Positions 1 through 9,802 of a stretch of DNA of 64,000 bases are shown one piece after another. The DNA is taken from assembly GCA_045592705.1 (NCBI GenBank), contig JAZNVG010000029.1, positions 3,704 through 67,703 of the forward strand, in the 5' to 3' direction. Under the pieces are notes generated by a model, which was not told the origin of the DNA, made no database searches, and saw only the letters and a program-made list of their open reading frames with translations. Each line of letters starts with the position of its first letter. Within the stretch, counting starts at the first letter, position 1. The stretch is from Acutalibacteraceae bacterium (GTDB taxonomy: Bacteria; Bacillota; Clostridia; Oscillospirales; Acutalibacteraceae). Made by a program: the position numbers and the translations under genes.

Positions 1-16
1 ACTCGGTCCCGGCAAT

Positions 17-1228
17 ATGGCAATCGGCCATGTGCGCTACGGTGCGCTTGGTACAGACCCCCGTTTGAGCGCTCAACCCGTTGTTGTTGAGCACGTCAAG
101 GGCAGAATGGCGCTTGCAAACAACAGCGCACTTATCAACTACTATGAGCTTCGTGAGGAACTTGAACTTCAAGGCTCAATTTTCCACACCACCAGCGACG
201 CTGAAATTTTTACTTACATCATCACAAAAGAGCGTCTGACGGCTCCTTCGATTGAGGAGGCTGTCAACAGAGCAATGAGCAAAATCAAGGGTGCATATTC
301 ATTTGTTGTTATGTCCCCGTCAAAGCTTATTGCAGCAAGAGATGAGCGCGGCTTTAAACCGCTTTGCTACGGTGTTCTTGAAGACGGCGGTTATGTTGTC
401 GCTTCCGAAAGCTGTGCGCTTGACTCAATCGGTGCAACGCTTGTCCGTGAGCTTGAACCCGGCGAAATTCTTGTTTTCACAAAAGACGGAATCAAGAGCA
501 TCCGCGACCACTGTGGAAAAGCTCCCACCTCATTCTGTATTTTTGAGTATCTGTATTTTGCCCGTCCCGACTCGATAATTGACGGGCTCTCCGTTCACAG
601 CGCAAGACTCCGCGCGGGTGCATTCCTTGCCCTTGAACATCCTGTTCAGGCGGATGTTGTTATCGGTGTTCCCGATTCCGGACTTGATGCCGCTATCGGC
701 TACTCAAGACAGTCCGGTATTCCTTACGGTCTGGGCTTTATTAAGAACAAGTACATCGGCAGAACTTTCATTGCACCCGGTCAGGCTTCACGTGAAGATA
801 AGGTTAAGATAAAGCTTAACCCCATCAGCGAAACCGTAAAGGGTAAGAGAGTTGTTCTTGTTGATGACTCAATCGTCAGAGGCACAACCTGCGCAAGAAT
901 TGTCAAACTTCTGCGTGATGCGGGCGCAACCGAGGTTCATATGCGTTCCTCAGCCCCCACTTTCAAATATGTCTGTCACTACGGCACCGATATCGAATCC
1001 GAAAAGGTGCTTATCGCAAGACAGCATTCGCTTGAGGAAATCAAAGAAATCCTCGGTGTGGATTCCATCGGCTTCTTAAGCGTAGAAAACGCACCGAAAA
1101 TTGCCAATGGCTGTGCAAAGGATTATTGTCTTGCCTGTTTCAACGGCGAATATCCCACCGAAATACCCAGCAAAAAACAACAAAGAAAATATGAGAAAAA
1201 GATTTCTGAAAGTGAGGCTGCAATATGA
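17..1228 (+). CDS. purF: Amidophosphoribosyltransferase, 5'-partial (frame open from the window edge; N-terminal catalytic Cys not in window)
   Basis: GHVRY, NSALIN, PRT motif VVLVDDSIVRGTT, CLACF; first gene of the pur cluster. Confidence 0.97.
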   Translation: MAIGHVRYGALGTDPRLSAQPVVVEHVKGRMALANNSALINYYELREELELQGSIFHTTSDAEIFTYIITKERLTAPSIEEAVNRAMSKIKGAYSFVVMSPSKLIAARDERGFKPLCYGVLEDGGYVVASESCALDSIGATLVRELEPGEILVFTKDGIKSIRDHCGKAPTSFCIFEYLYFARPDSIIDGLSVHSARLRAGAFLALEHPVQADVVIGVPDSGLDAAIGYSRQSGIPYGLGFIKNKYIGRTFIAPGQASREDKVKIKLNPISETVKGKRVVLVDDSIVRGTTCARIVKLLRDAGATEVHMRSSAPTFKYVCHYGTDIESEKVLIARQHSLEEIKEILGVDSIGFLSVENAPKIANGCAKDYCLACFNGEYPTEIPSKKQQRKYEKKISESEAAI

Positions 1229-2259
1229 ACAGTTTCAGTGAAAGCTATAAAGCTGCGGGCGTAGATATCACCGCGGGTTACAAAGCTGTTGAGCTTATGA
1301 AAAAACACATCGCAAGAACCCTTACTGCAGGCGCAATGTCTGATATCGGCGGTTTCGGCGGTTTGTTTGAACTTGATTTAACGGGAATTTCAAAGCCCGT
1401 TCTTGTCAGCGGCACCGACGGTGTCGGCACAAAGTTAAAGCTTGCATTCATTATGGACAAGCACGACACAGTCGGTATTGACTGCGTTGCAATGTGTGTC
1501 AACGACATTATCTGCTGCGGTGCAAAGCCTCTCTTCTTCCTTGATTATATTGCCTGCGGCAAAAACGTTCCCGAAAGAATTGCAGACATCGTTGCAGGTG
1601 TTGCTGAGGGATGCGTTCAGGCAGGTGCGGCACTTATCGGCGGCGAAACCGCTGAAATGCCCGGCTTCTATCCCGTTGATGAGTATGACCTTGCCGGCTT
1701 CTCTGTCGGTGTTGTTGACCGTGACAAGGTTGTTGACAACAAAAAAATCAAGGTCGGCGATGCTGTTATCGCTCTTCCTTCCAGCGGCGTACATTCAAAC
1801 GGCTTTTCTCTTGTAAGGAAAGTTTTCGATGTTGAAAACAAAGACATCCAAACTCCCGTTGCAGAGCTTGGCGGCAAGTCAATCGGCGAGGCACTTCTTG
1901 CCCCCACCGTTATCTATGTAAAGCCCATGCTTAACCTCTTTGATAACGTAACCGTCAAGGCTGTTTCACACATCACCGGCGGCGGTTTCTATGAAAATAT
2001 TCCCAGAAGCATCCCCGCAGGCTTTGCTGCAAAAATTGAAAAGGCAGCCGTTAAGACTCTGCCCATCTTCAATATGATTGCAAAAGCAGGCGATGTCTGC
2101 GAACGCGATATGTTCAATACCTTTAATATGGGCGTCGGTATGAGCTGTGTCGTCGGCGCAGAAGAGGCTGACAAGGCTGTTGCCACACTTAAGGCAAGCG
2201 GCATTGACGCTTATATAATGGGCGAAATCGTCAGCGGCGAGGGTGTTGAATTATGCTAA
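1225..2259 (+). CDS. purM: Phosphoribosylformylglycinamidine cyclo-ligase (AIR synthetase)
   Basis: YKAAGVDI, GTDGVGTK, GGETAEMPG, HITGGG motifs. Confidence 0.98.
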   Translation: MNSFSESYKAAGVDITAGYKAVELMKKHIARTLTAGAMSDIGGFGGLFELDLTGISKPVLVSGTDGVGTKLKLAFIMDKHDTVGIDCVAMCVNDIICCGAKPLFFLDYIACGKNVPERIADIVAGVAEGCVQAGAALIGGETAEMPGFYPVDEYDLAGFSVGVVDRDKVVDNKKIKVGDAVIALPSSGVHSNGFSLVRKVFDVENKDIQTPVAELGGKSIGEALLAPTVIYVKPMLNLFDNVTVKAVSHITGGGFYENIPRSIPAGFAAKIEKAAVKTLPIFNMIAKAGDVCERDMFNTFNMGVGMSCVVGAEEADKAVATLKASGIDAYIMGEIVSGEGVELC

Positions 2260-2861
2260 AGGCAAAAATCGCCGTCCTTGTTTCGGGCGGCGGCACCAAT
2301 CTGCAGGCGCTGATTGATGCACAAAACAGCGGCATAATCACAAGCGGTGAAATTGCGGTTGTCATTTCCAATAATGCGGATGCTTATGCACTCACCCGCG
2401 CAAAAAACGCAGGCATTGCAACAGCGACCGTCATAAAAAAAGAATGTGCATCTCAGACTGAGTTTGAAAGCAGAATAATTGATATTCTCAACAAAAATGA
2501 AATTGACCTTATTGTGCTTGCGGGCTTTATGTGCATTCTCAGCGCAGATTTCACACGACGCTACGATGAAAGAATTGTCAACGTTCATCCGTCACTTATT
2601 CCGTCTTTCTGCGGCAAGGGCTTTTACGGTCTGCGCGTGCACGAGGCGGCGCTTCAATACGGTGTCAAGGTGACGGGGGCAACCGTTCATTTTGTTAATG
2701 AAATTCCCGACGGCGGCAGAATTATTCTGCAAAAGGCTGTCGCGATCCGTAAGGGTGACACACCCGAAACACTCCAAAAAAGAGTTATGCAGCAGGCGGA
2801 GTGGAAGATTCTTCCCAAAGCCGTTGAGCTTGTTTCAAAAGACATTATTGCAGGAAAATAA
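2253..2861 (+). CDS. purN: Phosphoribosylglycinamide formyltransferase
   Basis: VLVSGGGTNLQALI, NVHPSLIP, GATVHFV. Confidence 0.97.
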   Translation: MLKAKIAVLVSGGGTNLQALIDAQNSGIITSGEIAVVISNNADAYALTRAKNAGIATATVIKKECASQTEFESRIIDILNKNEIDLIVLAGFMCILSADFTRRYDERIVNVHPSLIPSFCGKGFYGLRVHEAALQYGVKVTGATVHFVNEIPDGGRIILQKAVAIRKGDTPETLQKRVMQQAEWKILPKAVELVSKDIIAGK

Positions 2862-2881
2862 GAAAGGTAAGGTAAGCTAAA

Positions 2882-3607
2882 ATGAGCATTTACGAGTGCG
2901 CCGATATCGGCAAGATTCTCAGCGAGAATACATATCCCGGCAGAGGAATCATTGTGGGCAAATCTGCTGACGGAACAAAGGCGGTTTCTGCATATTTTAT
3001 TATGGGCAGAAGCGAAAACAGCCGTAACCGTGTTTTTGAAGAAAAGAAGGATGAAATCAAAATTCTTCCCTTTGACGCATCAAAGGTAGAGGATCCCTCT
3101 CTTATCATTTATTATCCCGTTCGCAAGTTTGAGGATACTCTTGTTGTCACAAACGGCGACCAGACCGACACGGTTTATGATTTCATTAAAGAAGGCAAAA
3201 CCTTTGAGCAGGCGCTTGAAACACGCTGCTTTGAGCCGGATGCCCCCAATTTCACACCCAGAATCAGCGCACAGCTTACCGAAAAAGACGGTGCTTTCAC
3301 TTATAAAATGAGCATCCTCAAAAGCAACGATGCCGTCGGCAGTGATTGCAACCGTTATACCTTTACTTATGCTCCCGTTAACGGTGTCGGCCACTTTATC
3401 CACACCTATAACCACGACGGTAATCCCATCCCCACATTCACAGGCGAACCTGAAAGAATTGAAATTATTGATGATATTAATGAGTTTGCCGAAAAAATTT
3501 GGGCAAATCTTAATCCTGACAATAAAATTTCGCTTTATGTTCGTTATTTTGACTTGGCAACCGGCGCTTGTGAAACAAAGCTTTACAACAAGCATTTAGG
3601 AAATTAA
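2882..3607 (+). CDS. IMP cyclohydrolase-like protein (PurO/Ntn-hydrolase type)
   Basis: YPGRGI, AYFIMGRSENSRNR, VTNGDQTD, FEPDAPNFTPRIS; sits directly before an AICAR transformylase lacking its cyclohydrolase domain. Confidence 0.85.
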   Translation: MSIYECADIGKILSENTYPGRGIIVGKSADGTKAVSAYFIMGRSENSRNRVFEEKKDEIKILPFDASKVEDPSLIIYYPVRKFEDTLVVTNGDQTDTVYDFIKEGKTFEQALETRCFEPDAPNFTPRISAQLTEKDGAFTYKMSILKSNDAVGSDCNRYTFTYAPVNGVGHFIHTYNHDGNPIPTFTGEPERIEIIDDINEFAEKIWANLNPDNKISLYVRYFDLATGACETKLYNKHLGN

Positions 3608-3621
3608 CGGAGGATTTTGAA

Positions 3622-4806
3622 ATGAAAGAATTTGAACTCAAATACGGTTGTAACCCCAACCAGAAACCCGCCAAGATTTATATGCACGACGGCACCGACC
3701 TTCCCATTGAAATTCTGTCGGGTCGCCCCGGTTACATTAATTTCCTTGATGCTTTTAATTCCTGGCAGCTTGTCAAGGAAATCAAAGCGGCACTCAATAT
3801 GCCCGCCGCAACATCATTCAAGCACGTCAGCCCCACCTCTGCGGCTGTCGGCACACCCCTGAGCGATACACTCAAAAAAGCCTGCTTTGTTGATGATATC
3901 GAAGGTCTTGACGATTCTCCGCTTGCCTGCGCTTATGCAAGAGCAAGAGGCACAGACAGAATGTCCTCTTACGGCGACTGGATTGCTCTGAGCGATGTCT
4001 GTGACGTTACCACCGCCAATATCATCAAGCGCGAGGTTTCCGACGGTATCATTGCTCCCGGTTATGAACCCGAGGCACTTGAAATTCTTAAGACAAAGAG
4101 AAAGGGTACATACAATATTATTAAAATTGACCCCGATTTCATTCCCGACCCTCAGGAAATCAAGCAGGTTTTCGGCATCACATTTGAGCAGGGCAGAAAC
4201 AATTTCAAAATTGACAATTCCTTGCTTGAAAACCTTGTAACAGAAAACAAAGAGCTTCCCGACAGCGCAAAGCGTGACCTCATTATTGCGCTCATCACTC
4301 TTAAATATACACAGTCCAATTCCGTTTGCTATGCTGTTGACGGTCAGGCAATCGGTGTCGGTGCAGGTCAGCAGTCAAGAATTCACTGCACACGTCTTGC
4401 CGGCAATAAGGCTGACATCTGGCACTTAAGACAGCATCCGAAAGTGCTTGCTCTTCAGTTTGTTCCCACAATCGGCAGAGCAGACAGAGACAATACAATC
4501 GACACTTACATTTCCGATGAATACGAAGATGTTCTCGGCGATGATGTTTGGCAGAATTTCTTTGCAGTCAGACCCGAACCCTTCACAAAAGAAGAGCAGA
4601 AGGCTTGGCTTGCACAGATTAACGGTGTTGCTCTCGGCAGTGACGCATTCTTCCCCTTCGGCGATAATATCGAGCGTGCTCGCAAGAGCGGTGTTACCTA
4701 TGTTGCACAGCCCGGCGGCTCTGTCAGAGATGATCACGTCATTATGACCTGCAACAAATATAAAATGGCAATGGCATTCACGGGAATGCGCCTTTTCCAT
4801 CACTGA
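3622..4806 (+). CDS. purH: AICAR formyltransferase (transformylase-only PurH-like)
   Basis: Starts LKYGCNPNQ, SFKHVSP, KYTQSNSV, GAGQQSRIHC, SDAFFPF; no N-terminal MGS-like IMPCH domain. Confidence 0.92.
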   Translation: MKEFELKYGCNPNQKPAKIYMHDGTDLPIEILSGRPGYINFLDAFNSWQLVKEIKAALNMPAATSFKHVSPTSAAVGTPLSDTLKKACFVDDIEGLDDSPLACAYARARGTDRMSSYGDWIALSDVCDVTTANIIKREVSDGIIAPGYEPEALEILKTKRKGTYNIIKIDPDFIPDPQEIKQVFGITFEQGRNNFKIDNSLLENLVTENKELPDSAKRDLIIALITLKYTQSNSVCYAVDGQAIGVGAGQQSRIHCTRLAGNKADIWHLRQHPKVLALQFVPTIGRADRDNTIDTYISDEYEDVLGDDVWQNFFAVRPEPFTKEEQKAWLAQINGVALGSDAFFPFGDNIERARKSGVTYVAQPGGSVRDDHVIMTCNKYKMAMAFTGMRLFHH

Positions 4807-4824
4807 TAAACGGAGGTTTGTTCT

Positions 4825-6084
4825 ATGAAAGTCGTAGTCATCGGTGGCGGCGGCAGAGAGCATGCAATTATCAAAAAGCTTAAAGAAAGCCCCCAAATTA
4901 CCGAAATTTTTGCATTGCCCGGCAACGGCGGCATTGCCGCTGACGCCACTTGTGTTGCCATAGGCGCAACAGATATCGGCGCAATTGTTGATTTTATAAA
5001 AAATAATGATATCGGGTTTGCCGTTGTTGCACCCGATGACCCGCTTGTACTCGGTGCAGTTGACGAAATCGAAAAGCTCGGCGTTCCCTGCTTCGGCCCG
5101 AATAAAGCGGCGGCAATAATTGAGGGAAGCAAGGTTTTTTCAAAGAATCTTATGAAAAAATACGGCATCCCCACCGCACAGTATGAAGTCTTTTCCGATA
5201 TGGATGCGGCACTTGCTTACCTTGAAACCGCACCTATTCCCACCGTTATCAAGGCTGACGGTCTTGCCCTCGGCAAAGGTGTTATCATCGCCGCAACCCG
5301 TCAGGAAGCCTTTGATGCGGTTCACTCAATGATGGAAGATAAAGTTTTCGGCGAAAGCGGCAGCAATGTTGTTATTGAAGAATTCCTTACCGGTCCCGAG
5401 GTTTCCGTTCTTTCTTTCACCGACGGTAAAACAGTTGTTCCTATGGTTTCTTCAATGGACCATAAGCGCGCTCTTGATAATGATGAGGGTCTTAATACCG
5501 GCGGTATGGGTACGGTTGCCCCCAATCCCTATTACACACCCGAGGTTGCGAAAAAATGTATGGAAGAAATCTTCCTGCCGACCGTCAACGCAATGAATTC
5601 TGAGGGCAGAAGCTTTAAGGGCTGTCTTTATTTCGGCCTTATGATTACTGCCGACGGCCCCAAGGTTATCGAATATAACTGCCGTTTCGGCGACCCCGAA
5701 ACACAGGTTGTTCTGCCTTTGCTTAAAACAGATTTGTTTGAAATTATGAAAGCTGTTTCTGCCGGCACACTCGGCGAAATGGATGTTGAATTCAGCAATG
5801 ACAATGCCTGCTGTGTAATTATGGCAAGCAACGGTTATCCTCAAAAATATCAGTCGGGCTTTGAAATCACTGTTTCACCCGATTTCGATAAAGAGCTGTT
5901 TGTCGCGGGCGCAAAGCTCGTTGACGGCAAGCTTCTCACAAGCGGCGGCAGAGTTCTCGGTGTCACGGCGGTTGAACCTACACTTGAGCAGGCCGTAAAA
6001 TCCGCCTATGAAGGCGTGGAAAAGGTATCCTTTGAAAACGCTTATTGCCGCAAGGATATCGGTAAACGCGCTTTAATGGCATAA
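4825..6084 (+). CDS. purD: Phosphoribosylamine-glycine ligase
   Basis: GGGGREHA, PGNGG, KADGLALGKGV, NTGGMG, EYNCRFGDPETQ. Confidence 0.98.
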   Translation: MKVVVIGGGGREHAIIKKLKESPQITEIFALPGNGGIAADATCVAIGATDIGAIVDFIKNNDIGFAVVAPDDPLVLGAVDEIEKLGVPCFGPNKAAAIIEGSKVFSKNLMKKYGIPTAQYEVFSDMDAALAYLETAPIPTVIKADGLALGKGVIIAATRQEAFDAVHSMMEDKVFGESGSNVVIEEFLTGPEVSVLSFTDGKTVVPMVSSMDHKRALDNDEGLNTGGMGTVAPNPYYTPEVAKKCMEEIFLPTVNAMNSEGRSFKGCLYFGLMITADGPKVIEYNCRFGDPETQVVLPLLKTDLFEIMKAVSAGTLGEMDVEFSNDNACCVIMASNGYPQKYQSGFEITVSPDFDKELFVAGAKLVDGKLLTSGGRVLGVTAVEPTLEQAVKSAYEGVEKVSFENAYCRKDIGKRALMA

Positions 6085-6097
6085 GGAGGAAAAGCTA

Positions 6098-9000
6098 ATG
6101 GTATACAGAGTTTATGTCGAAAAAAAGCAGGGCCTTGCCAATGAGGCAAACTCGCTTTGCAATGATATAAAAACATTGCTTCAGATTGAAAAGCTTGAGT
6201 CTCTTCGTCTGCTCAACAGGTATGATGTTGAAAATATTGACAGCGAGCTTTTTGATTACAGTGTTTCAACCGTTTTTTCAGAGCCTCAGCTTGACAATGT
6301 AACATATTCACTCGGCGACACCTCCGACTGCACGGTGTTTGCCGTTGAATATCTTCCCGGTCAGTTTGACCAGAGAGCGGACTCTGCGGCACAGTGTATC
6401 CAGATTATCTCTCAGGAGGAGCGTCCTCTTGTAAGAACTGCAAGAATTTATATGCTTTACGGCGACCTCACTGCTGAGGACATTGCCGCAATCAAAAAAT
6501 ATGTTATTAACCCCGTTGAAAGCCGCGAGGCAACTCTTGACGAATTCAAGACTCTCGTCACAGAGTATGACATTCCCGAAAGTGTTGAAACACTTGACGG
6601 ATTCATTTCTCTTGATTCCGACGGTCTTGCAGACTTTGTAAAGAAATACGGCCTTGCAATGGATTGCGATGACATTGCTTTTTGTCAGAGCTATTTCAAG
6701 AAAGAGGGCAGGGAGCCGACAATTACCGAAATCAGAATGATTGACACATACTGGTCGGACCATTGCCGTCATACAACTTTCCTTACAACAATTGACAGCG
6801 TTAAGTTCGAAGACGAGCTTCTCGAAAAGACTTATAACGATTATCTTAACGCACGCAAGGCAATCAACCGCACAAAGCCGATTAACCTTATGGATGTTGC
6901 AACTGTCTGCACCAGATACCTTAAGGCAAACGGCAAGCTTCCGAGAATTGATGAGTCAGAAGAAATCAACGCCTGCACAGTTAAAATCAAGGTTAATGTT
7001 GAGGGTGAAGAGCAGGATTGGCTGCTTCTCTTCAAGAACGAAACACATAACCATCCCACCGAAATTGAGCCCTTCGGCGGTGCCGCAACCTGTATCGGCG
7101 GCGCTATCCGTGACCCGCTTTCGGGCAGAGCTTATGTTTACGGTGCAATGCGCGTAACGGGTGCTGCAAATCCGCTTGTTCCCGTTAAAGATACAATCAA
7201 GGGCAAACTGCCCCAGCGTAAGATTGTCACCACCGCTGCGGCAGGTTACAGCTCATACGGCAACCAGATCGGTCTTGCAACGGGTCAGGTTGATGAGCTT
7301 TATCACGACGGTTATGCCGCAAAGCGTATGGAAATCGGCGCTGTTGTCGGTGCCGCTCCCGCTGAAAACGTAAGACGAGAATGTCCCGTTGACGGAGACA
7401 TAGTTATTCTCCTCGGCGGACGCACAGGCCGCGACGGTTGCGGCGGTGCTACCGGTTCATCAAAGTCCCACACTCTCGATTCTCTCGAATCCTGCGGCGC
7501 AGAGGTGCAGAAGGGTAATGCACCCGAGGAAAGAAAGCTTCAGCGTCTTTTCAGAAATAAAGAAGCATCACGCCTTATCAAGCGTTGTAACGACTTCGGT
7601 GCCGGCGGGGTTTCCGTTGCCATCGGTGAGCTTGCAGACGGTCTTGAAATCGACCTTAATGCTGTCCCCAAGAAGTACGAAGGTCTTGACGGCACAGAGC
7701 TTGCAATCAGCGAATCACAGGAGAGAATGGCTGTTGTTGTTGCCGCAAGTGATGTTGAGCGCTTCAAAGAACTTGCAGATTCCGAAAACCTTGAGGCAAC
7801 CGTTGTTGCCGAGGTTAAGGCAGAGCCCAGACTTCGTATGAAGTGGAACGGCAAGTACATTGTTGATATTTCCAGAGAATTCCTTAACTCAAACGGTGCT
7901 GAAAAGCACATTGATATTACTCCCGCTGCTCCCGAATGTTATAAAAAGGCTGTCGGCACAGACTTTGAAAAAGAGCTTGTTGCACTTGCAGATGACCTCA
8001 ATGTCTGCTCAAAGCGCGGTCTTTCCGAGCGTTTCGACTCAACAATCGGCGCAGGCACGGTTATGATGCCTTTCGGCGGTAAGAATCAGTTGACACCCTC
8101 TCAGGCGATGGTTAACAAGGTTTCCGTTGAAAAGAAGCATACGGACACCTGCTCGCTTATGGCTTGGGGCTACAATCCCTTCATTGCTGAAAAGAGCCCC
8201 TACCACAGCGCATATCTTGCTGTTGTTGAATCCGTATCAAAGCTTATTGCTACGGGCGCGGATTTCACGGATGTTTATCTGACCTTCCAGGTATACTTTG
8301 AAAAACCGATGCGTGACGGCAAACGTTGGGGCAAGCCCCTTGCAGCCCTTCTCGGTGCATTCAAAGCACAGATGGATTTTGAAATCGCATCAATCGGCGG
8401 TAAGGATTCAATGAGCGGAACTTTCGAGGATATTGATGTTCCTCCCACGCTTGTTTCCTTTGCCGTTACAACCGATGATGTCAAGAATATTGTTACTCCC
8501 GAATTCAAAGCGGCGGGCAACAAGGTTGTTCTTCTCAAACCCGAGTACGACAGCAACCATCTTCCCGTTGCCGAATCCGTTAAGGCAAACTTTGCAGTTG
8601 TCAGCAAGCTTGTCCGTGAGGGTAAGGTGCTTTCTGCATACACCCCCGGATACGGCGGCATTGCCGAGGCAATAATGAAGATGTGCTTCGGTAACGATAT
8701 CGGCTTTGATTTTGCTGACGGTTTCTCAATGGAAGAAATTTTCGGCTATTCATACGGCTCATTCATCCTTGAACTTGCGGACAATACAGATGTCGGCGTT
8801 GTTCTCGGTTCCACAACAAACGAATTGGCAATCAAATTCGGCGGCACATCTGTTTGTCTCGGTAAACTGCTTGACACTTACGAAAACAAGCTTGAACCCA
8901 TTTTTAGCTGCAATATTGAGCAGGCTCACGGTGAAATTCCCGCGTTTGAATTCAAAGCAAACGAGTGGAGTTCACCCGTTATCAAGACCGCTCAGCCCAA

Positions 9001-9790
9001 GGTGCTTATTCCCGTATTCCCCGGTACAAACTGTGAGTTTGACACCGCCAAAGCACTTGAGACAGCAGGCGCAAAGGCTGAAATCATTGTTATCAATAAC
9101 CTTACCCCCGCAGGTATCGCAAACAGCGTAGATTACTTTGTAAAACAGATTTCCGAGTCACAGGTTATCTTCGTTCCCGGCGGCTTCTCCGGCGGTGATG
9201 AGCCCGACGGCTCCGGTAAGTTCATTACCGCATTCTTCCGTAACGGTGCGGTCAAAGAGGCTGTCAACGAGCTTCTTAAAAACCGCGACGGCCTTATGTG
9301 CGGTATCTGTAACGGCTTCCAGGCAATCATCAAGCTCGGTCTTGTTCCTTACGGCGAGATTATTGACACCGATGAAAACTGCCCGACGCTGACATTTAAC
9401 ACAATCGGACGCCACCAGTCACGAATTGTACGCACACGCATCGCTTCCAACAAATCGCCCTGGCTTATGAATACACAGGTCGGCGACATTTATTCCGTAC
9501 CCATTTCTCACGGTGAGGGTAAATTCCTTGCAAGTGAAGAGCTTATCAGACAGCTTGCCGCAAACGGTCAGATTGCTACACAGTATGTTGACCTTGAGGG
9601 CAAACCTTCCTCTGATATTCATTTTAATCCCAACGATTCCGCCTTTGCGGTTGAAGGCATCACTTCACCCGACGGCAGAGTTTTCGGTAAAATGGGTCAC
9701 TCGGAAAGAATCGGCAACGGTCTTTATAAGAACGTTGAGGGTAACTATAATATCGGCTTGTTTGATTCAGCCGTTAAATACTTCAGATAA
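6098..9790 (+). CDS. purL: Single-chain FGAM synthase (PurL with fused C-terminal glutaminase)
   Basis: WSDHCRHTTF, KNETHNHPTEIEPFGGAATC, GGKDSMSG; glutaminase FPGTNCE, GICNGFQ, MGHSER. Confidence 0.97.
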   Translation: MVYRVYVEKKQGLANEANSLCNDIKTLLQIEKLESLRLLNRYDVENIDSELFDYSVSTVFSEPQLDNVTYSLGDTSDCTVFAVEYLPGQFDQRADSAAQCIQIISQEERPLVRTARIYMLYGDLTAEDIAAIKKYVINPVESREATLDEFKTLVTEYDIPESVETLDGFISLDSDGLADFVKKYGLAMDCDDIAFCQSYFKKEGREPTITEIRMIDTYWSDHCRHTTFLTTIDSVKFEDELLEKTYNDYLNARKAINRTKPINLMDVATVCTRYLKANGKLPRIDESEEINACTVKIKVNVEGEEQDWLLLFKNETHNHPTEIEPFGGAATCIGGAIRDPLSGRAYVYGAMRVTGAANPLVPVKDTIKGKLPQRKIVTTAAAGYSSYGNQIGLATGQVDELYHDGYAAKRMEIGAVVGAAPAENVRRECPVDGDIVILLGGRTGRDGCGGATGSSKSHTLDSLESCGAEVQKGNAPEERKLQRLFRNKEASRLIKRCNDFGAGGVSVAIGELADGLEIDLNAVPKKYEGLDGTELAISESQERMAVVVAASDVERFKELADSENLEATVVAEVKAEPRLRMKWNGKYIVDISREFLNSNGAEKHIDITPAAPECYKKAVGTDFEKELVALADDLNVCSKRGLSERFDSTIGAGTVMMPFGGKNQLTPSQAMVNKVSVEKKHTDTCSLMAWGYNPFIAEKSPYHSAYLAVVESVSKLIATGADFTDVYLTFQVYFEKPMRDGKRWGKPLAALLGAFKAQMDFEIASIGGKDSMSGTFEDIDVPPTLVSFAVTTDDVKNIVTPEFKAAGNKVVLLKPEYDSNHLPVAESVKANFAVVSKLVREGKVLSAYTPGYGGIAEAIMKMCFGNDIGFDFADGFSMEEIFGYSYGSFILELADNTDVGVVLGSTTNELAIKFGGTSVCLGKLLDTYENKLEPIFSCNIEQAHGEIPAFEFKANEWSSPVIKTAQPKVLIPVFPGTNCEFDTAKALETAGAKAEIIVINNLTPAGIANSVDYFVKQISESQVIFVPGGFSGGDEPDGSGKFITAFFRNGAVKEAVNELLKNRDGLMCGICNGFQAIIKLGLVPYGEIIDTDENCPTLTFNTIGRHQSRIVRTRIASNKSPWLMNTQVGDIYSVPISHGEGKFLASEELIRQLAANGQIATQYVDLEGKPSSDIHFNPNDSAFAVEGITSPDGRVFGKMGHSERIGNGLYKNVEGNYNIGLFDSAVKYFR

Positions 9791-9802
9791 GGAGAGTGTA
9801 AA

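Noticed and set aside
9791-9800. GGAGAG sequences (also near 17750 and 58840) as the missing 5' half of a split tRNA-Ser
   Set aside because: All are ribosome-binding sites before start codons and are not followed by a D-arm
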